Shown here: positions 28,336 through 39,464 of the stretch, one piece after another
Layout of the letters: every line of letters starts with the position of its first letter
Numbering within the stretch: the stretch's first letter is position 1
Notes under the pieces: model-generated
What the model was told of the DNA's origin: nothing
Seen by the model: only the letters and a program-made list of their open reading frames with translations
The model's database searches: none
Translations under genes and position numbers: made by a program
NCBI GenBank assembly: GCA_963788195.1
Contig: CAWBGA010000015.1
Span: 1-59,330, forward strand
DNA: 59,330 bases
From: Nitrospirota bacterium
GTDB taxonomy: Bacteria; Nitrospirota; Nitrospiria; Nitrospirales; NS-4
Direction of reading: 5' to 3'

Positions 28336-29416
28336 ATGAAAAATCAGTCTCTCCAACCTCATCGCCAAGAAATCGACAAGATTGACGATGAGATCGTGCG
28401 CCTCCTTGGTGAAAGGGCACAGCACGTCATCGAAATCGGCAAGCTCAAGAAAGAGACCGATGCTCAGGCCGTCCTCCACACGCCTGCGCGCGAAGCCGAA
28501 ATCCTGGACAGGCTTTGCAAGTTAAATACCGGTCCGTTTCCTAACGAGGCTCTGCGGGCGGTCTACCGAGAGATCATGTCGGGTTCGCTGGCGCTGGAAG
28601 GTCCCTTGAAGGTCTCGTATCTGGGCCCCCGGGCCACCTTCACGCATTTAGCCTGTATTCGAAAATTCGGGTCTTCGGCACAATATCTTCCTATGACGTC
28701 AATCGGTGATGTCTTCAACGAGGTCGAACGGGGCCGGGCGGACTTCGGCGTCGTCCCGATCGAGAATTCGACTGAAGGGGTAGTGAACCACACCCTTGAT
28801 ATGTTTATCGACTCCAACCTGCAGATTTACGGAGAAGCGCTACTGGAGGTCTCTCACTATCTGCTCTCCAAGTGCGAGTCGCTGGAGGCGGTGAAGAAGA
28901 TTTATTCTCATCCCCATGCAATCGCCCAATGCCGGCAATGGCTGGAGAACGAATCTGCCTGATATACCTTATTCGGAAGTCCACAGTACGGCGCGGGCAG
29001 CTGAAATCTGCACCGAGGAACCGTCAGCCGCCGCGATCGCATCTGAACTTGCGGCGCAAATCTATGGGTTAAAAGTGTTGAAACCGCGCATCGAGGACAA
29101 CATCAATAACTACACGCGTTTTCTGGTGCTGTCTCTAAAGGCGCCGGAGCGAACCGGTAAAGACAAGACCTCGGTCATGCTCTCCGTCAAAGACAAGGTG
29201 GGCGCCTTGTACGACCTGCTGCGCCCGTTCGCGTCCCACGGCACGAATCTCACAAAAATTGAATCGAGGCCGTCGCGCCGCAAGGCCTGGGAGTACATCT
29301 TCTTCATTGATCTCGAAGGCCATGTTGATGAAGACCGCGTGAAACGTGCGCTGGACGAGATTAAACCGCGCTGTCTGTTTCTCAAAATCCTCGGCTCTTA
29401 TCCGGCGCACACCTGA
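28336..29416 (+). CDS. pheA: Chorismate mutase/prephenate dehydratase (one frameshift near 28950 in this sequence)
   Basis: ORF 28336-28962 (CM domain, VPIENSTEG, SHPHAIAQC) continues in another frame (NYTRF, NLTKIESRP). Confidence 0.93.
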
Positions 29417-29424
29417 CTCGGACC

Positions 29425-30516
29425 ATGGCTATCAAAATCAGTCCTCAGATTGCCGCCATTACTCCCTATTCTCCGGGGAAACCAATAGAGGAACTGGAGC
29501 GTGAGCTCGGCATCACAGGTTCCATTAAGCTGGCGTCCAACGAAAATCCCCGTGGACCGTCGCCCCGGGCTCTCGCGGTCCTGGCCGGTGCGGCGCCATC
29601 GCTTCACCGGTATCCCGATGGCGGCGGGCACTCTCTGCGGCGCGCGCTGGCGGGGCGCTTCAAAGTCGCTCCTGAACAGATAATCCTCGGCAATGGCTCG
29701 GATGAAGTGATCGGCTTGCTCACGAAAGCGTTTTTGCAGGCGGGGGATGAAGCAATCGCGGCTGAACCGAGCTTCGTCGTCTATGCCATCGATGTCACGG
29801 CGGCCCACGCGGGTCTGGTGGCCGTCCCACTGCTTGAGCATCGGCACAATTTACCAGCCATGGCGAAAGCCGTCACGTCCAAGACTAGGATCATCTTTGT
29901 CTGCAACCCCAATAACCCGACGGGCACCTATGTGACCACGGCTGAGGTCACGGCGTTTTTGAAAGCGGTTCCCCCGGATGTCATCATCGTCTTCGATGAA
30001 GCCTACTACGAGTACGTGACTGCCTCCGATTATCCCGACACGTTGGCGCTGCTTGCGGCAGGACGAAATATCGTGGTGCTCCGTACTTTTTCTAAAATCT
30101 ACGGACTCGCAGGACTACGCATTGGCTATGCTGTCTCTACCACCGAGATCATTCAGCATCTGAACCGGATCCGGCCGCCCTTCAACACCAACAGTCTCGC
30201 TCAAAAAGGCGCCCTGGCCGCGCTCGAAGACGAAGAACACGTGCAGGAGAGCCGACGGATGAATATTGAAGGGCGACAGTTTTTGCTGGATCAGCTGCAG
30301 GCCTTGAACTTCACCGTGATTCCAAGCCAAGCAAACTTCCTGTATTTCGACGCACACCAGGACGGCAAGCCCCTGTTCGAAGCGCTTCTTCGCAAAGGCG
30401 TGATTGTACGCCACCTAGGCGGCACGTTCCTGCGCGTCACCATCGGGCTGCCTGAGGAGAACCAACGTTTTATCGACGCACTGCAATCCGTGCTGAGTCA
30501 GAAGGAGCGACCATGA
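29425..30516 (+). CDS. hisC: Histidinol-phosphate aminotransferase
   Basis: Motifs KLASNENP, GNGSDE, CNPNNPTG, DEAYYE, RTFSKIYGLAGLRIGY. Confidence 0.96.
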   Translation: MAIKISPQIAAITPYSPGKPIEELERELGITGSIKLASNENPRGPSPRALAVLAGAAPSLHRYPDGGGHSLRRALAGRFKVAPEQIILGNGSDEVIGLLTKAFLQAGDEAIAAEPSFVVYAIDVTAAHAGLVAVPLLEHRHNLPAMAKAVTSKTRIIFVCNPNNPTGTYVTTAEVTAFLKAVPPDVIIVFDEAYYEYVTASDYPDTLALLAAGRNIVVLRTFSKIYGLAGLRIGYAVSTTEIIQHLNRIRPPFNTNSLAQKGALAALEDEEHVQESRRMNIEGRQFLLDQLQALNFTVIPSQANFLYFDAHQDGKPLFEALLRKGVIVRHLGGTFLRVTIGLPEENQRFIDALQSVLSQKERP

Positions 30517-31531
30517 TTATCGTACTGAAACCTGAGGCGACTGAATCAATGATTGAGCATGTGATGGATCGCGTACGGGAGCTTGGCCTCACTCCTCATC
30601 TGTCCAAAGGACAGGAGCGCACGATCATCGGCGTGATCGGAGATGATCGCATTCTGGCCAACCAGCCCTTGCGGGCCATCGCGGGAGTCGAGGATGTAGT
30701 CACGATCCTCGCGCCGTGGAAACTCGCCGGAAGGGAGTTCAAGAAGGAAAACACCATCATCGATGTCTGCGGCGTGAAGATCGGCGGCAAGCGCTTGGCG
30801 ATTATGGCCGGACCCTGTGCCGTGGAGAAGAAAGAACTGACGGTGGGCATCGCCCAGGAAGTCAAGGCTGCCGGCGCCAACATTCTCCGCGGTGGCGCCT
30901 ACAAGCCGCGCTCGTCGCCCTATGCCTTCCAAGGCCTGGGGAACGAAGGCTTAGATTTTCTCGGCGAAGCCAAGAAGCTGACCGGGCTTCCGATCGTCAG
31001 TGAAATTCTGGATCCCCGCGACATCGAGAAGTTCCTCGAAAAAACGGACATTATTCAGATCGGCGCCCGCAACATGCAGAACTTCGAGCTTCTCAAGGAA
31101 GTCGGCGGGTACGACAAGCCGGTGCTGCTGAAACGCGGATTATCGGCGACGATCAAGGAATGGTTGCTTGTCGGCGGAATACATCATGTCGCGAGGGAAC
31201 AAGAACGTCATGCTCTGTGAGCGCGGGATTCGAACCTTTGAGTCGCATTACCGAAATACGCTGGACCTCTCGGCGGTTCCCGCCCTGAAAGCAGCTCACG
31301 CACCTGCCGGTCATCGTGGATCCCAGCCATGCGACAGGGAAGTGGGAGCTGGTTGCGCCAATGGCCAAAGCAGCCGTCGCGGCGGGCGCGGACGGGCTGT
31401 TGATTGAAGTCCATTCCAATCCGGAGTGCGCGCTGTGCGACGGCGAGGAATCTCTTAAGCCGAATCGCTTTAAAGAATTGATGAAGGACCTGCGGCGGAT
31501 TGCCGAGGCGGTCGACCGCGAGATTGAATGA
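30513..31531 (+). CDS. aroF: DAHP synthase, class I beta (frameshifts near 31165 and 31290)
   Basis: [29 protein letters not shown], then LCERGIRTF and DPSHATG in successive frames. Confidence 0.93.
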
Positions 31532-32431
31532 AACGCTTGCACCCGCTCACCCGCCTTCTTCCGCTCTTCCAGCAGATGACCATTGTCGGGGTGGGCCTCA
31601 TCGGAGGCTCCCTCGGCATGATCTGCAAGCAGCAGGGACTAGTCGAGACCGTCATCGGCACCGGTCGGCGGGTTGAGAACCTCAAACAGGCGGTCGCCCT
31701 CAAGGCCATTGACCGGTATTCCACGGATCTTGCGGAGGCCGCCTCCGGTTCGGATCTGCTGGTGCTCGCCACTCCCGTAGATACTTTTGAAGATGCTCTC
31801 AAAACCTGTGCGGCAGGACTCGCCCGGGGTGCCGTTGTCACCGACGTCGGCAGTGTGAAGGGACGCCTGGTTACGCGCATGGAGGCGCTGGTCTCCGGTG
31901 ACACCGCCGTCGTTGGGGCGCATCCGATAGCAGGCAAAGAAAAGAGCGGCGTCTCGGCAGCGACCATCGATCTATTTCGAGGCGCCCGTTGCATTCTGAC
32001 GCCGACGTCTCGCACCAACCCCGCCGCTCTCGCGAAGGTCCGGCGGCTGTGGGAGGAGACCGGAGCGGTCGTCAGCGAGATGGATCCTGACCTGCATGAT
32101 CGGGTCCTGGGCGCGGTCAGTCACCTGCCGCACATGGTCGCCTACGCGCTCGTGAACGCAATCGCCTCGATCCAGGAATCCCAGACCCCGGATGTCGACC
32201 TGCAAGCACTGGCCGGCGGCGGTTACCGGGACACGACTCGGATTGCGGCTTCCTCACCCGAAATGTGGCGGGATATCTGCCTGTGGAATCGCGACAATCT
32301 GGTCAGCTCAAATTGATCAATACCTGTCCTGCCTGGAAACATTGAAAGCGCTTATCAAATCCGGCGACGGTGAGGGGCTGTTCCGGGAAATGGACCGAGC
32401 CAAGCAGGTGCGCGAGCGCCTGATGTCATGA
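31528..32431 (+). CDS. tyrA: Prephenate dehydrogenase (frameshift near 32308)
   Basis: Motifs [42 protein letters not shown]. Confidence 0.92.
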
Positions 32432-33735
32432 CAGCGACGGAACTCGTCACCCGGCCCTGCGGGCCGCTACGCGGCACCCTTACTGTTCCTGGCGACAAGT
32501 CCATCACCCACCGGGCGATTATTCTCGAGCGCGCTCGCCGAAGGCGAGAGCACGATCCGCAATTACTGTCGCGGGGCTGACTGCCTCCACACCGTTCAGG
32601 CCTTCGCGGCCCTCGGGGTCCCGTCGAGATCCGGGAGGACCGACTGCGTATAGGGGGCAAGGGCTTAGTGGGCTTCGTGAGCCTGAAGAAATGTTGGACT
32701 GCGGGAACAGCGGTACCGGCATTCGCCTGCTGGCCGGCGTACTGGCCGGCCAGTCATTCTTTTCGATACTGACGGGGATGAGTCCATCAGAAGACGGCCC
32801 ATGGGCCGGGTCGTCAAACCACTGCGCCAGATGGGCGCGGTCATTGCCGGGCGCCGCGGCGGGGAACTCGCGCCGCTCGCCATCACCGGCGCTCGGCTCC
32901 GTGGCGATCACCACGTGTCCCCGATCGCAAGCGCGCAGGTCAAATCCTCATTGCTGCTTGCCGGTCTCTTTGCGGAAGGCGACACGACGGTGACGCGAAC
33001 CGACCGCTTCCCGGGACCACACCGAGCGGATGTTCACCTATCTGGGAATCCCCGTCTCGCGACACGATCAGAGTGTCACCGTTCGCGGGCAGCCGACTTT
33101 TAAGGCACGAGACTTGGCGGTCGCCGGTGACATCTCCTCTGCCGCGTTTTTTCTGGTGGCCGCTTCGATCGTGCCGGACTCGGATGTGACCATCACGTCT
33201 GTGGGCATCAATCCAACGCGCATCGGGGTGCTGACAATTTTGCAGGAGATGGGAGCGCGCATCGAGGTGCTGAATCCACGCGAAGAGGCAGGGGAACCGG
33301 TCGCGGACCTTCGTGTCCGCTCACGCGCAACTGCATGGAACCGAGATCGGTGCGGCCCGCATCCCGGAAACTATTGATGAGCTTCCCGTCTTATGTTTAG
33401 CCGCAGCCTGTGCCGAGGGCGAGACTGTGATCTCAGGGGCCGCGGAATTGCGAGTCAAGGAAAGCGATCGGATTGCCACAATGGCGACAGAGCTTGGGCT
33501 CATGGGAGCGCAGGTGAAGGAGCAACCGGACGGACTGCGAGTGCTCGGAGGACGGCCCCTTCACGGAGCGCGCTGCCAAAGCTACGGCGATCACCGTGTC
33601 GCCATGACGATGGCGATTGCCGGCCTTGTTGCCCAGGGGGAAACCCGAGTGGAGGATACAGCCTGCATCACCACGTCATTTCCCGATTTTGATAAGTATT
33701 TGAGGGGCTTATTGACACCCCAGAAGCAAGGGTGA
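32428..33735 (+). CDS. aroA: EPSP synthase (multiple frameshifts in this sequence)
   Basis: [42 protein letters not shown] and DHRVAM are spread over several frames. Confidence 0.92.
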
Positions 33736-33795
33736 ATAATACGCTCTTCATTTCGCGAGAATCTCTTCGGCCCGACCGCGGCTTGTGATTGTGGC

Positions 33796-34478
33796 ATGAT
33801 CGTGACGATCGACGGCCCCGCGGGGGCAGGAAAAAGCACTGTCGCGAAAACGATTGCGGCGAGGCTCGGATACCTCTATCTGGACACCGGCGCGCTCTAC
33901 CGTGCCGTCGCCTGGAAAGCGCTCGCAACCGGGACTGACCCGACCGCACCGGTGGCCATGAAGCGATTGTGCCAGGAGATCCAACTCAAAATCGCGGGGA
34001 CCCCGGACGGCGGGATGGAAGTGGAAGTGGACGGCAGGCGCCTCACGGAGGAAATCAGAACTCCAGAAGTGACGCGGGCGGCCGCCCAGGTGGCCGCGAT
34101 TCCGGGTATCCGGGACGAGTTGTTGCCGATTCAACAGGCTTTCGGGCGGCGTACCGACATGCCTGGGGTGGTGGCCGAAGGACGGGACTTGGGAACAATC
34201 ATTTTCCCGGTGCTGAGGCGAAGTTCTTTTTCCACGCGGATCCGGCCGAGCGGGCACGACGGCGCCATGCGGAATTATTGGTGGCCGGCAAGGCTCAGGA
34301 TCTGGCTGCAACTCGTCGCGCATTGGACGCCCGCGATGACCGGGATCAAACTCGCGAGGTGGCGCCGCTCGCGGCGCCCCAAGACGCCGTCGTGATCGAC
34401 ACGACGCGACTATCGGTTGACGAAGTCGTCGAACGCATGTTGGCCGTGATCGAGGCCAAATCGGCCGATCGCGGCTGA
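33796..34478 (+). CDS. cmk: Cytidylate kinase (frameshift near 34210)
   Basis: IDGPAGAGKST, LDTGALYRA, EGRDLGT, then RDDRDQTREVAPL and IDTT in a second frame. Confidence 0.93.
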
Positions 34479-34481
34479 GGA

Positions 34482-35156
34482 ATGGTGCTCTACTGGACTG
34501 TATGGATTATCGTCAGAGGCTTCGCGCGGCTGCTCTTCCACTTGCAGGTGTCCGGGCAGGATCATATTCCGAGAACGGGCGGCGTCTTGATCGCGGCGAA
34601 CCACGCCAGTTATCTGGACATTCCAATTCTCGGATGCGCGCTGCCGCGCCGGGCGTCCTTCATCGGCCGCATGGATCTTTTCGCGGGCATCGTGGGGAGC
34701 GTGCTCCGATACCTCGGATGGATTCCAATCCGGCGGGGGCAGGTAGACCGCAAGGCATTTGATGAAGCTGTCCGGCGCCTTAAGGCTGGTCAGGTGGTGG
34801 TGATTTATCCCGAAGGCACGCGCACCGAGGACGGGCAGCTTCAGCCCGGCAAACCCGGGATTGGAATGATGGCGGCGACGGCAGGGTGTCCCGTCCTTCC
34901 CGCTCTCCTCGAAGGGACCTATGACGCTCTTCCACCTGGCGCGCATTGGATCCGGTTGCGACCGATCAGAGTCGCCTTTGGAGAGCCAATAGATTTTTCA
35001 GCGGCGCTCGAGAGCGAGAGCGAAGACAAAATGAAGTCAGTCTACCAACAGTTTAGTCAAGAGATCATGGATCGGATCGCGGCATTACGGAAGGAAAATG
35101 TTTCTCACCCTGCCCATGTTCCCGGTGAAGGGAACAGGGTAGGATTGCGCAGTTAA
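34482..35156 (+). CDS. plsC: 1-acyl-sn-glycerol-3-phosphate acyltransferase
   Basis: Motifs NHASYLD and YPEGTR. Confidence 0.92.
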   Translation: MVLYWTVWIIVRGFARLLFHLQVSGQDHIPRTGGVLIAANHASYLDIPILGCALPRRASFIGRMDLFAGIVGSVLRYLGWIPIRRGQVDRKAFDEAVRRLKAGQVVVIYPEGTRTEDGQLQPGKPGIGMMAATAGCPVLPALLEGTYDALPPGAHWIRLRPIRVAFGEPIDFSAALESESEDKMKSVYQQFSQEIMDRIAALRKENVSHPAHVPGEGNRVGLRS

Positions 35157-35209
35157 CCTTTTAACCCTGTTTTTCAGGCGGTGTAGTTTGGAGGGGGCAG
35201 AAACTGTAT

Positions 35210-36925
35210 ATGGAAACACTTGAGAACATGAAGCTGGGATCGTCCGAGAAAGCCGAAATGGCTTCGCTGTACGAACAGACCTTTCAAAATTTTGAGGAGG
35301 GCTCTGTGATCGAGGGCACGGTCGTTTTGGTCAAGAAGGACAAAGTCATTATCGATATCGGCTACAAATCGGAGGGCATGATCCCCGCCGAAGAATTCGA
35401 TCCCCAGGAACTGGCCACGCTCACGCCTGGGACCCGGCTTCCGGTTTACATCGAGGAACGGGAGGACAGTGAAGGCAACCTCATCTTGTCCAAGGAAAAA
35501 GCGGACAAAATGAAGGTGTGGGAAGAGCTCGAACGGAACTTCAAGGATGAGAAGGTTGTCGAGGGTCGTGTTCTCAGCCGCATCAAAGGCGGGATGATGG
35601 TGGACATCGGAGTCAAGGCGTTTCTCCCCGGCTCCCAGATCGATCTTCATCCCGTTCGCGATCCCGAGCAACTCATCGGCAAGTCCTTTCCGATGAAGAT
35701 CATCAAGATCAATCACCGGAGAGGGAACGTGGTGGTCTCCCGGCGTCTGTTACTGGAGGAGTCCCGCGATCAGCGTCGCCAGCGGACGCTGTCGAATCTC
35801 ACGGAAGGGCAGATCGTCAACGGTACGGTCAAGAACATCACCGAGTACGGCGCGTTTGTGGACCTGGGCGGGATCGACGGCCTGCTCCATATCACGGACA
35901 TGTCGTGGGGGCGCATCGGACATCCCTCGGAAATGTTTATGGTCGGTGATCGCGTCGAAGTCATGGTGCTTCGTTACGACCGGGAATCCGGCCGGGTGTC
36001 ACTTGGCTTGAAACAGAAAGGGTCCGATCCATGGACGGGTATTGCGGCGAAGCATCCGGTTAACTCAAGAATTACCGGGCGCGTCGTGAGCCTGACGGAT
36101 TACGGCGCTTTCATCGAACTGGAGCCTGGGGTTGAAGGCCTCGTCCATGTTTCCGAGATGTCGTGGACCCATGAGGTCCGCCATCCTTCGAAGATCGTCG
36201 CTGTCGGCGACCAGGTGGAAGCCCAGGTGCTGAACGTCGATGAGGCGGCTCGAAAGATTTCCCTCGGCATGAAACAAGTGGCGCCCAATCCTTGGGACCT
36301 GATCGAAACCAAATACCCGATCGGGACGAAGATCGAAGGGAAGATCAAAAGCCTGACCGATTTCGGCGCGTTCGTCGGCTTGGACGAGGGCATCGACGGA
36401 CTCATTCACATTTCCGACATGTCGTGGACCAAGCACGTCAAACACCCGTCCGAGATCTTCAAGAAAGGTCAGAAAGTAGACGCCGTCGTCCTCAAGATCG
36501 ACAAGGAGAAGGAACGGTTGTCTCTCGGGTACAAACAACTGACGACCGATCCCTGGGATGACGCGATTCCCGCCATGCATCAGGTCGGCAATACCGCACG
36601 CGGCAAAATTTCGAAGATCACCGACTTCGGAATCTTTGTGGAGCTCGACAGCGGGGTCGAAGGACTCCTTCATGTCAGTGAACTGGGCCTGGACCAGAAT
36701 GCCCGAATGGAAGATAAGTACAAGGTCGGAGAGGATATCGAGGCGAAGGTCATCAAGGTCGATAAGGAGGAGCGGAAAATCGCGCTCAGCCTCCGAGAAC
36801 AGCGTCGCGACACTGAGCGGGAGCAAATGCAGGATTTCCATTCCAGCCAGGGCAAGGTGGATCAGACCCTGGGGCGCGCGGCGAGGAAAAACAAGCGACG
36901 AGATGACAATGAACCGGAGGAGTAG
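35210..36925 (+). CDS. rpsA: 30S ribosomal protein S1
   Basis: Six S1 repeats (DIGYKSEG, AFLPGSQID, YGAFVDLGGIDGLLHITDMSW and others). Confidence 0.98.
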   Translation: METLENMKLGSSEKAEMASLYEQTFQNFEEGSVIEGTVVLVKKDKVIIDIGYKSEGMIPAEEFDPQELATLTPGTRLPVYIEEREDSEGNLILSKEKADKMKVWEELERNFKDEKVVEGRVLSRIKGGMMVDIGVKAFLPGSQIDLHPVRDPEQLIGKSFPMKIIKINHRRGNVVVSRRLLLEESRDQRRQRTLSNLTEGQIVNGTVKNITEYGAFVDLGGIDGLLHITDMSWGRIGHPSEMFMVGDRVEVMVLRYDRESGRVSLGLKQKGSDPWTGIAAKHPVNSRITGRVVSLTDYGAFIELEPGVEGLVHVSEMSWTHEVRHPSKIVAVGDQVEAQVLNVDEAARKISLGMKQVAPNPWDLIETKYPIGTKIEGKIKSLTDFGAFVGLDEGIDGLIHISDMSWTKHVKHPSEIFKKGQKVDAVVLKIDKEKERLSLGYKQLTTDPWDDAIPAMHQVGNTARGKISKITDFGIFVELDSGVEGLLHVSELGLDQNARMEDKYKVGEDIEAKVIKVDKEERKIALSLREQRRDTEREQMQDFHSSQGKVDQTLGRAARKNKRRDDNEPEE

Positions 36926-36940
36926 ACCCGGCCGGCACCG

Positions 36941-37843
36941 ATGAGCGACGAAACCACCACCCCCCGGCGGAAGCGGCGGCCGGTGCGCACAGCGTTTGCG
37001 ATCCTGGCGTTGAGCGTGATCGGATATTTCGTTCTCACCCTGTTTGCCGGCTTCCTGTTCGAAGCGGGATGGGTCGGGGGTGATAAAGTCGCGCTCATCC
37101 GAATCGAAGGCATCATTATCGATTCGCGCGAAACCATTGAGGAGCTCCGACATTACCGGGACAATCCGAGCGTCAAAGCCATCGTGTTGCGCATCGACAG
37201 CCCCGGCGGCGCCGTTGTTCCCTCGCAAGAAATCTTCTCGGAAGTCCAGAAGACACGCGCCGAAGGCAAGATTAAGCTGGTCACGTCTATGGGAAATGTG
37301 GCAGCTTCGGGCGGGTACTATATTGCCGCAGCGACCGACAAGATTGTTGCGAACCCGGGCACGCTGACAGGAAGTATCGGTGTGATCATGGAGCTGCCGA
37401 ATCTGAAGGGACTGTTGGAGAAAGTGGGGGTGCAAAGTGTGGTGATCAAGAGCGGACGTTATAAAGATATGACGTCTCCCTTTCGGGCGTTGCCGGAAGA
37501 GAATCGCGTCTTGTTGCAGAGCGTCCTGGATGATGTTCACGCTCAGTTTATCGAAGCGGTAGCCGCAGGCCGGGCCATGAAGGTGGAACAAGTCAGAGTC
37601 CTCGCGGATGGAAGAATCTTTACCGGCAAGCAGGCCCAATCCGTCAGCCTCGTTGATGAGATCGGTGATCTGCATGACGCGATCAAAATTGCGGCCCAGT
37701 TGGTGGGGATCAGTGGCGAACCACGCGTCATCGAGACTCGAAAACGCTTCTCCTGGCGGGACCTGCTCGAAAGCTACTTCCCAGGGGAGATAGCGTCGCT
37801 GGTTCCTTCAAGTATCGGTATGAAGTATCTGTTGGCGTTCTAA
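36941..37843 (+). CDS. sppA: Signal peptide peptidase SppA (short form)
   Basis: Motifs RIDSPGG, AASGGYY, TGSIGVI, KSGRYKD, DGRIFTG. Confidence 0.95.
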   Translation: MSDETTTPRRKRRPVRTAFAILALSVIGYFVLTLFAGFLFEAGWVGGDKVALIRIEGIIIDSRETIEELRHYRDNPSVKAIVLRIDSPGGAVVPSQEIFSEVQKTRAEGKIKLVTSMGNVAASGGYYIAAATDKIVANPGTLTGSIGVIMELPNLKGLLEKVGVQSVVIKSGRYKDMTSPFRALPEENRVLLQSVLDDVHAQFIEAVAAGRAMKVEQVRVLADGRIFTGKQAQSVSLVDEIGDLHDAIKIAAQLVGISGEPRVIETRKRFSWRDLLESYFPGEIASLVPSSIGMKYLLAF

Positions 37844-37856
37844 GGAGAGACGGTCC

Positions 37857-38135
37857 ATGACAAAAGCAGAGCTGATCGAAAAGTTGTCGGAGCAAGTCAC
37901 CACGCTGACAAAACGGCAGGCGGAGGTGGTTGTCAACACCATTTTCAACGGCATCCGGACCGCCCTGGCTCGAGGCGACAAAATCGAGATCCGGGGGTTT
38001 GGCAGTTTTCGCCTGCGTAACCGCCGGATGAAGGAAGGCCGTAACCCGAAAACCGGAGCTACCGTTGCGGTTCCGGCAAAGCGAGTGCCTTTTTTTAAGG
38101 CAGGAAAAGAACTCCGGGAGATTGTCAACAAATAG
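37857..38135 (+). CDS. ihfB: Integration host factor beta / HU family
   Basis: MTKAELI, IEIRGFGSF, GRNPKTG, PFFKAGKELR. Canonical position after rpsA. Confidence 0.92.
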   Translation: MTKAELIEKLSEQVTTLTKRQAEVVVNTIFNGIRTALARGDKIEIRGFGSFRLRNRRMKEGRNPKTGATVAVPAKRVPFFKAGKELREIVNK

Positions 38136-38166
38136 CATTTCCGTAGGACAGAGGAAAAGGAAAGAC

Positions 38167-39162
38167 GTGCCGGAGATTCAGCAGCATACTGACCCCGAGA
38201 TCATGTGGACTCCAGAGGCGCAGAAACGCATGGAGCGAGCGCCTGCGTTTCTGCGCGGCATGGTCAAGCGACTGGCCGAGAAAAAGGCCCGCGAACTGGG
38301 ATACCGCGAGATCACAGAGGAGATTCTGACCCAGTTCAAGGGGCAAATGATGGGCAAAATGGGCGGAGAAGCCGGTTTCGAGGAGGCTGCGGAATCCATC
38401 GCCGCCGGCCGTTTGCCGTGGACGGCCGAGGCCAAGTCGCGATTGGAAACGGTCCCGGAATTCATGCGCTCCATGATCAAACAGATCGCCGAAGAAGCGG
38501 CTCGGGAGCGCGGCCACATGGAAGTCAACGTGGAGCTGTTCAAGAAAGTGGAGGCGCTGGGCGACGAGCAGCCTCCGGAATCCGTTTCGCTTACCTGGAC
38601 CGAAGGCGCGAAGGCCCGGCTTCAGCAAAAGATTGCCAGCTCTCCAGCCATTGCGATGGACTTTGTGACAGATATGCTCAAACGCGACACTGAGGACTTG
38701 GCCCGCGAGCAAGGTCTGACGGTCATCGATGAAGCGACGCTTACGGCTCTGTGGGATGCCCCGAAATCGGCGGTGAGTTGGAGCGACGAGGCGTGGAAGA
38801 GGCTGTTGACCTCTCCCGATTTTGTCCGCAGCGGCATCCGGAAAGCCGCCGAGCGTCGTGCGCGCAAGCTGGGTCTCAAAGAAATCGATTCGGAGCACCT
38901 CACGACGTTCCGCAACGAGGCGATGATGAAGGCGGTCAAGCGGATTCGCGCCTTCGGCTATAACGAGCTGACCTTTGACGCGTTTGACTCCGCCCTGCAA
39001 AAGACCAAGCGGCTTCAGGGCAACGAGCAGGCCGAGAAGCGCCTCGAGGAAATCCGCCAGCACTTCAAGGATCCCACCACCAAGAAGCCCGAAGGCGGCA
39101 CGCTCGGCGCTGATCTGATGGGACGATTTAGAAGATATCTCAAAGGCGAAGAAAAGCTCTAA
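38167..39162 (+). CDS. Protein with four tandem PCP_red-like (BchB/ChlB C-terminal) repeats
   Basis: Four units of W(T/S)xEAxxRL..P.F.R...AE..ARE.G...I. GTG start at 38167. Confidence 0.75.
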   Translation: MPEIQQHTDPEIMWTPEAQKRMERAPAFLRGMVKRLAEKKARELGYREITEEILTQFKGQMMGKMGGEAGFEEAAESIAAGRLPWTAEAKSRLETVPEFMRSMIKQIAEEAARERGHMEVNVELFKKVEALGDEQPPESVSLTWTEGAKARLQQKIASSPAIAMDFVTDMLKRDTEDLAREQGLTVIDEATLTALWDAPKSAVSWSDEAWKRLLTSPDFVRSGIRKAAERRARKLGLKEIDSEHLTTFRNEAMMKAVKRIRAFGYNELTFDAFDSALQKTKRLQGNEQAEKRLEEIRQHFKDPTTKKPEGGTLGADLMGRFRRYLKGEEKL

Positions 39163-39283
39163 CTTGCCCGGCGGGTCCTGTCGCCGAGCAGCCCAGCCGT
39201 GCTCGCTCCCGAAGCCCAAGTCCCTGCGCGCGGACTGGGCTCCCGCTCGGCGCCTCCCGCACGGTTAAGTTTTTCGCTAATAG

Positions 39284-39321
39284 AAAAGGGGACTGGCTCG
39301 TCTCGTGCCTGTCCCCTTTTT
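39284..39321. repeat. GGGGACWGGC hairpin, copy 1 (REP-like)
   Basis: AAAAGGGGACTGGC-N9-GCCTGTCCCCTTTT. Confidence 0.85.
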
Positions 39322-39351
39322 GGTTTCACGGATTGTTCAGGAGTTTCTGTC

Positions 39352-39464
39352 AACTCTACGTAGTGGGTATCGTTGACAAGTCAGCGAAATCAGTCGAGAA
39401 TCGCGCGATCGCTTTGCGTCTACAGGAGCGGGATATGCCGGTCAGTATTACTCAACAGTTAGGC
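39352..39464 (+). promoter_or_regulatory. Pc-attI-like module, copy 1
   Basis: TTGACA 39373-39378, N17, GAGAAT 39396-39401, palindrome ATCGCGCGAT. Ends GGTCAGTATTACTCAACA-GTTAGGC (core site 39458-39464). Confidence 0.75.

Noticed and set aside
28940..34230. Programmed ribosomal frameshifting in the aro genes
   Set aside because: There are too many shifts and no consistent slippery sequence or downstream structure.
36065..39219. Long antisense ORFs (536 aa and 364 aa) over rpsA/sppA and the PCP_red gene
   Set aside because: They are shadow ORFs of GC-rich coding sequence with no recognisable motifs.
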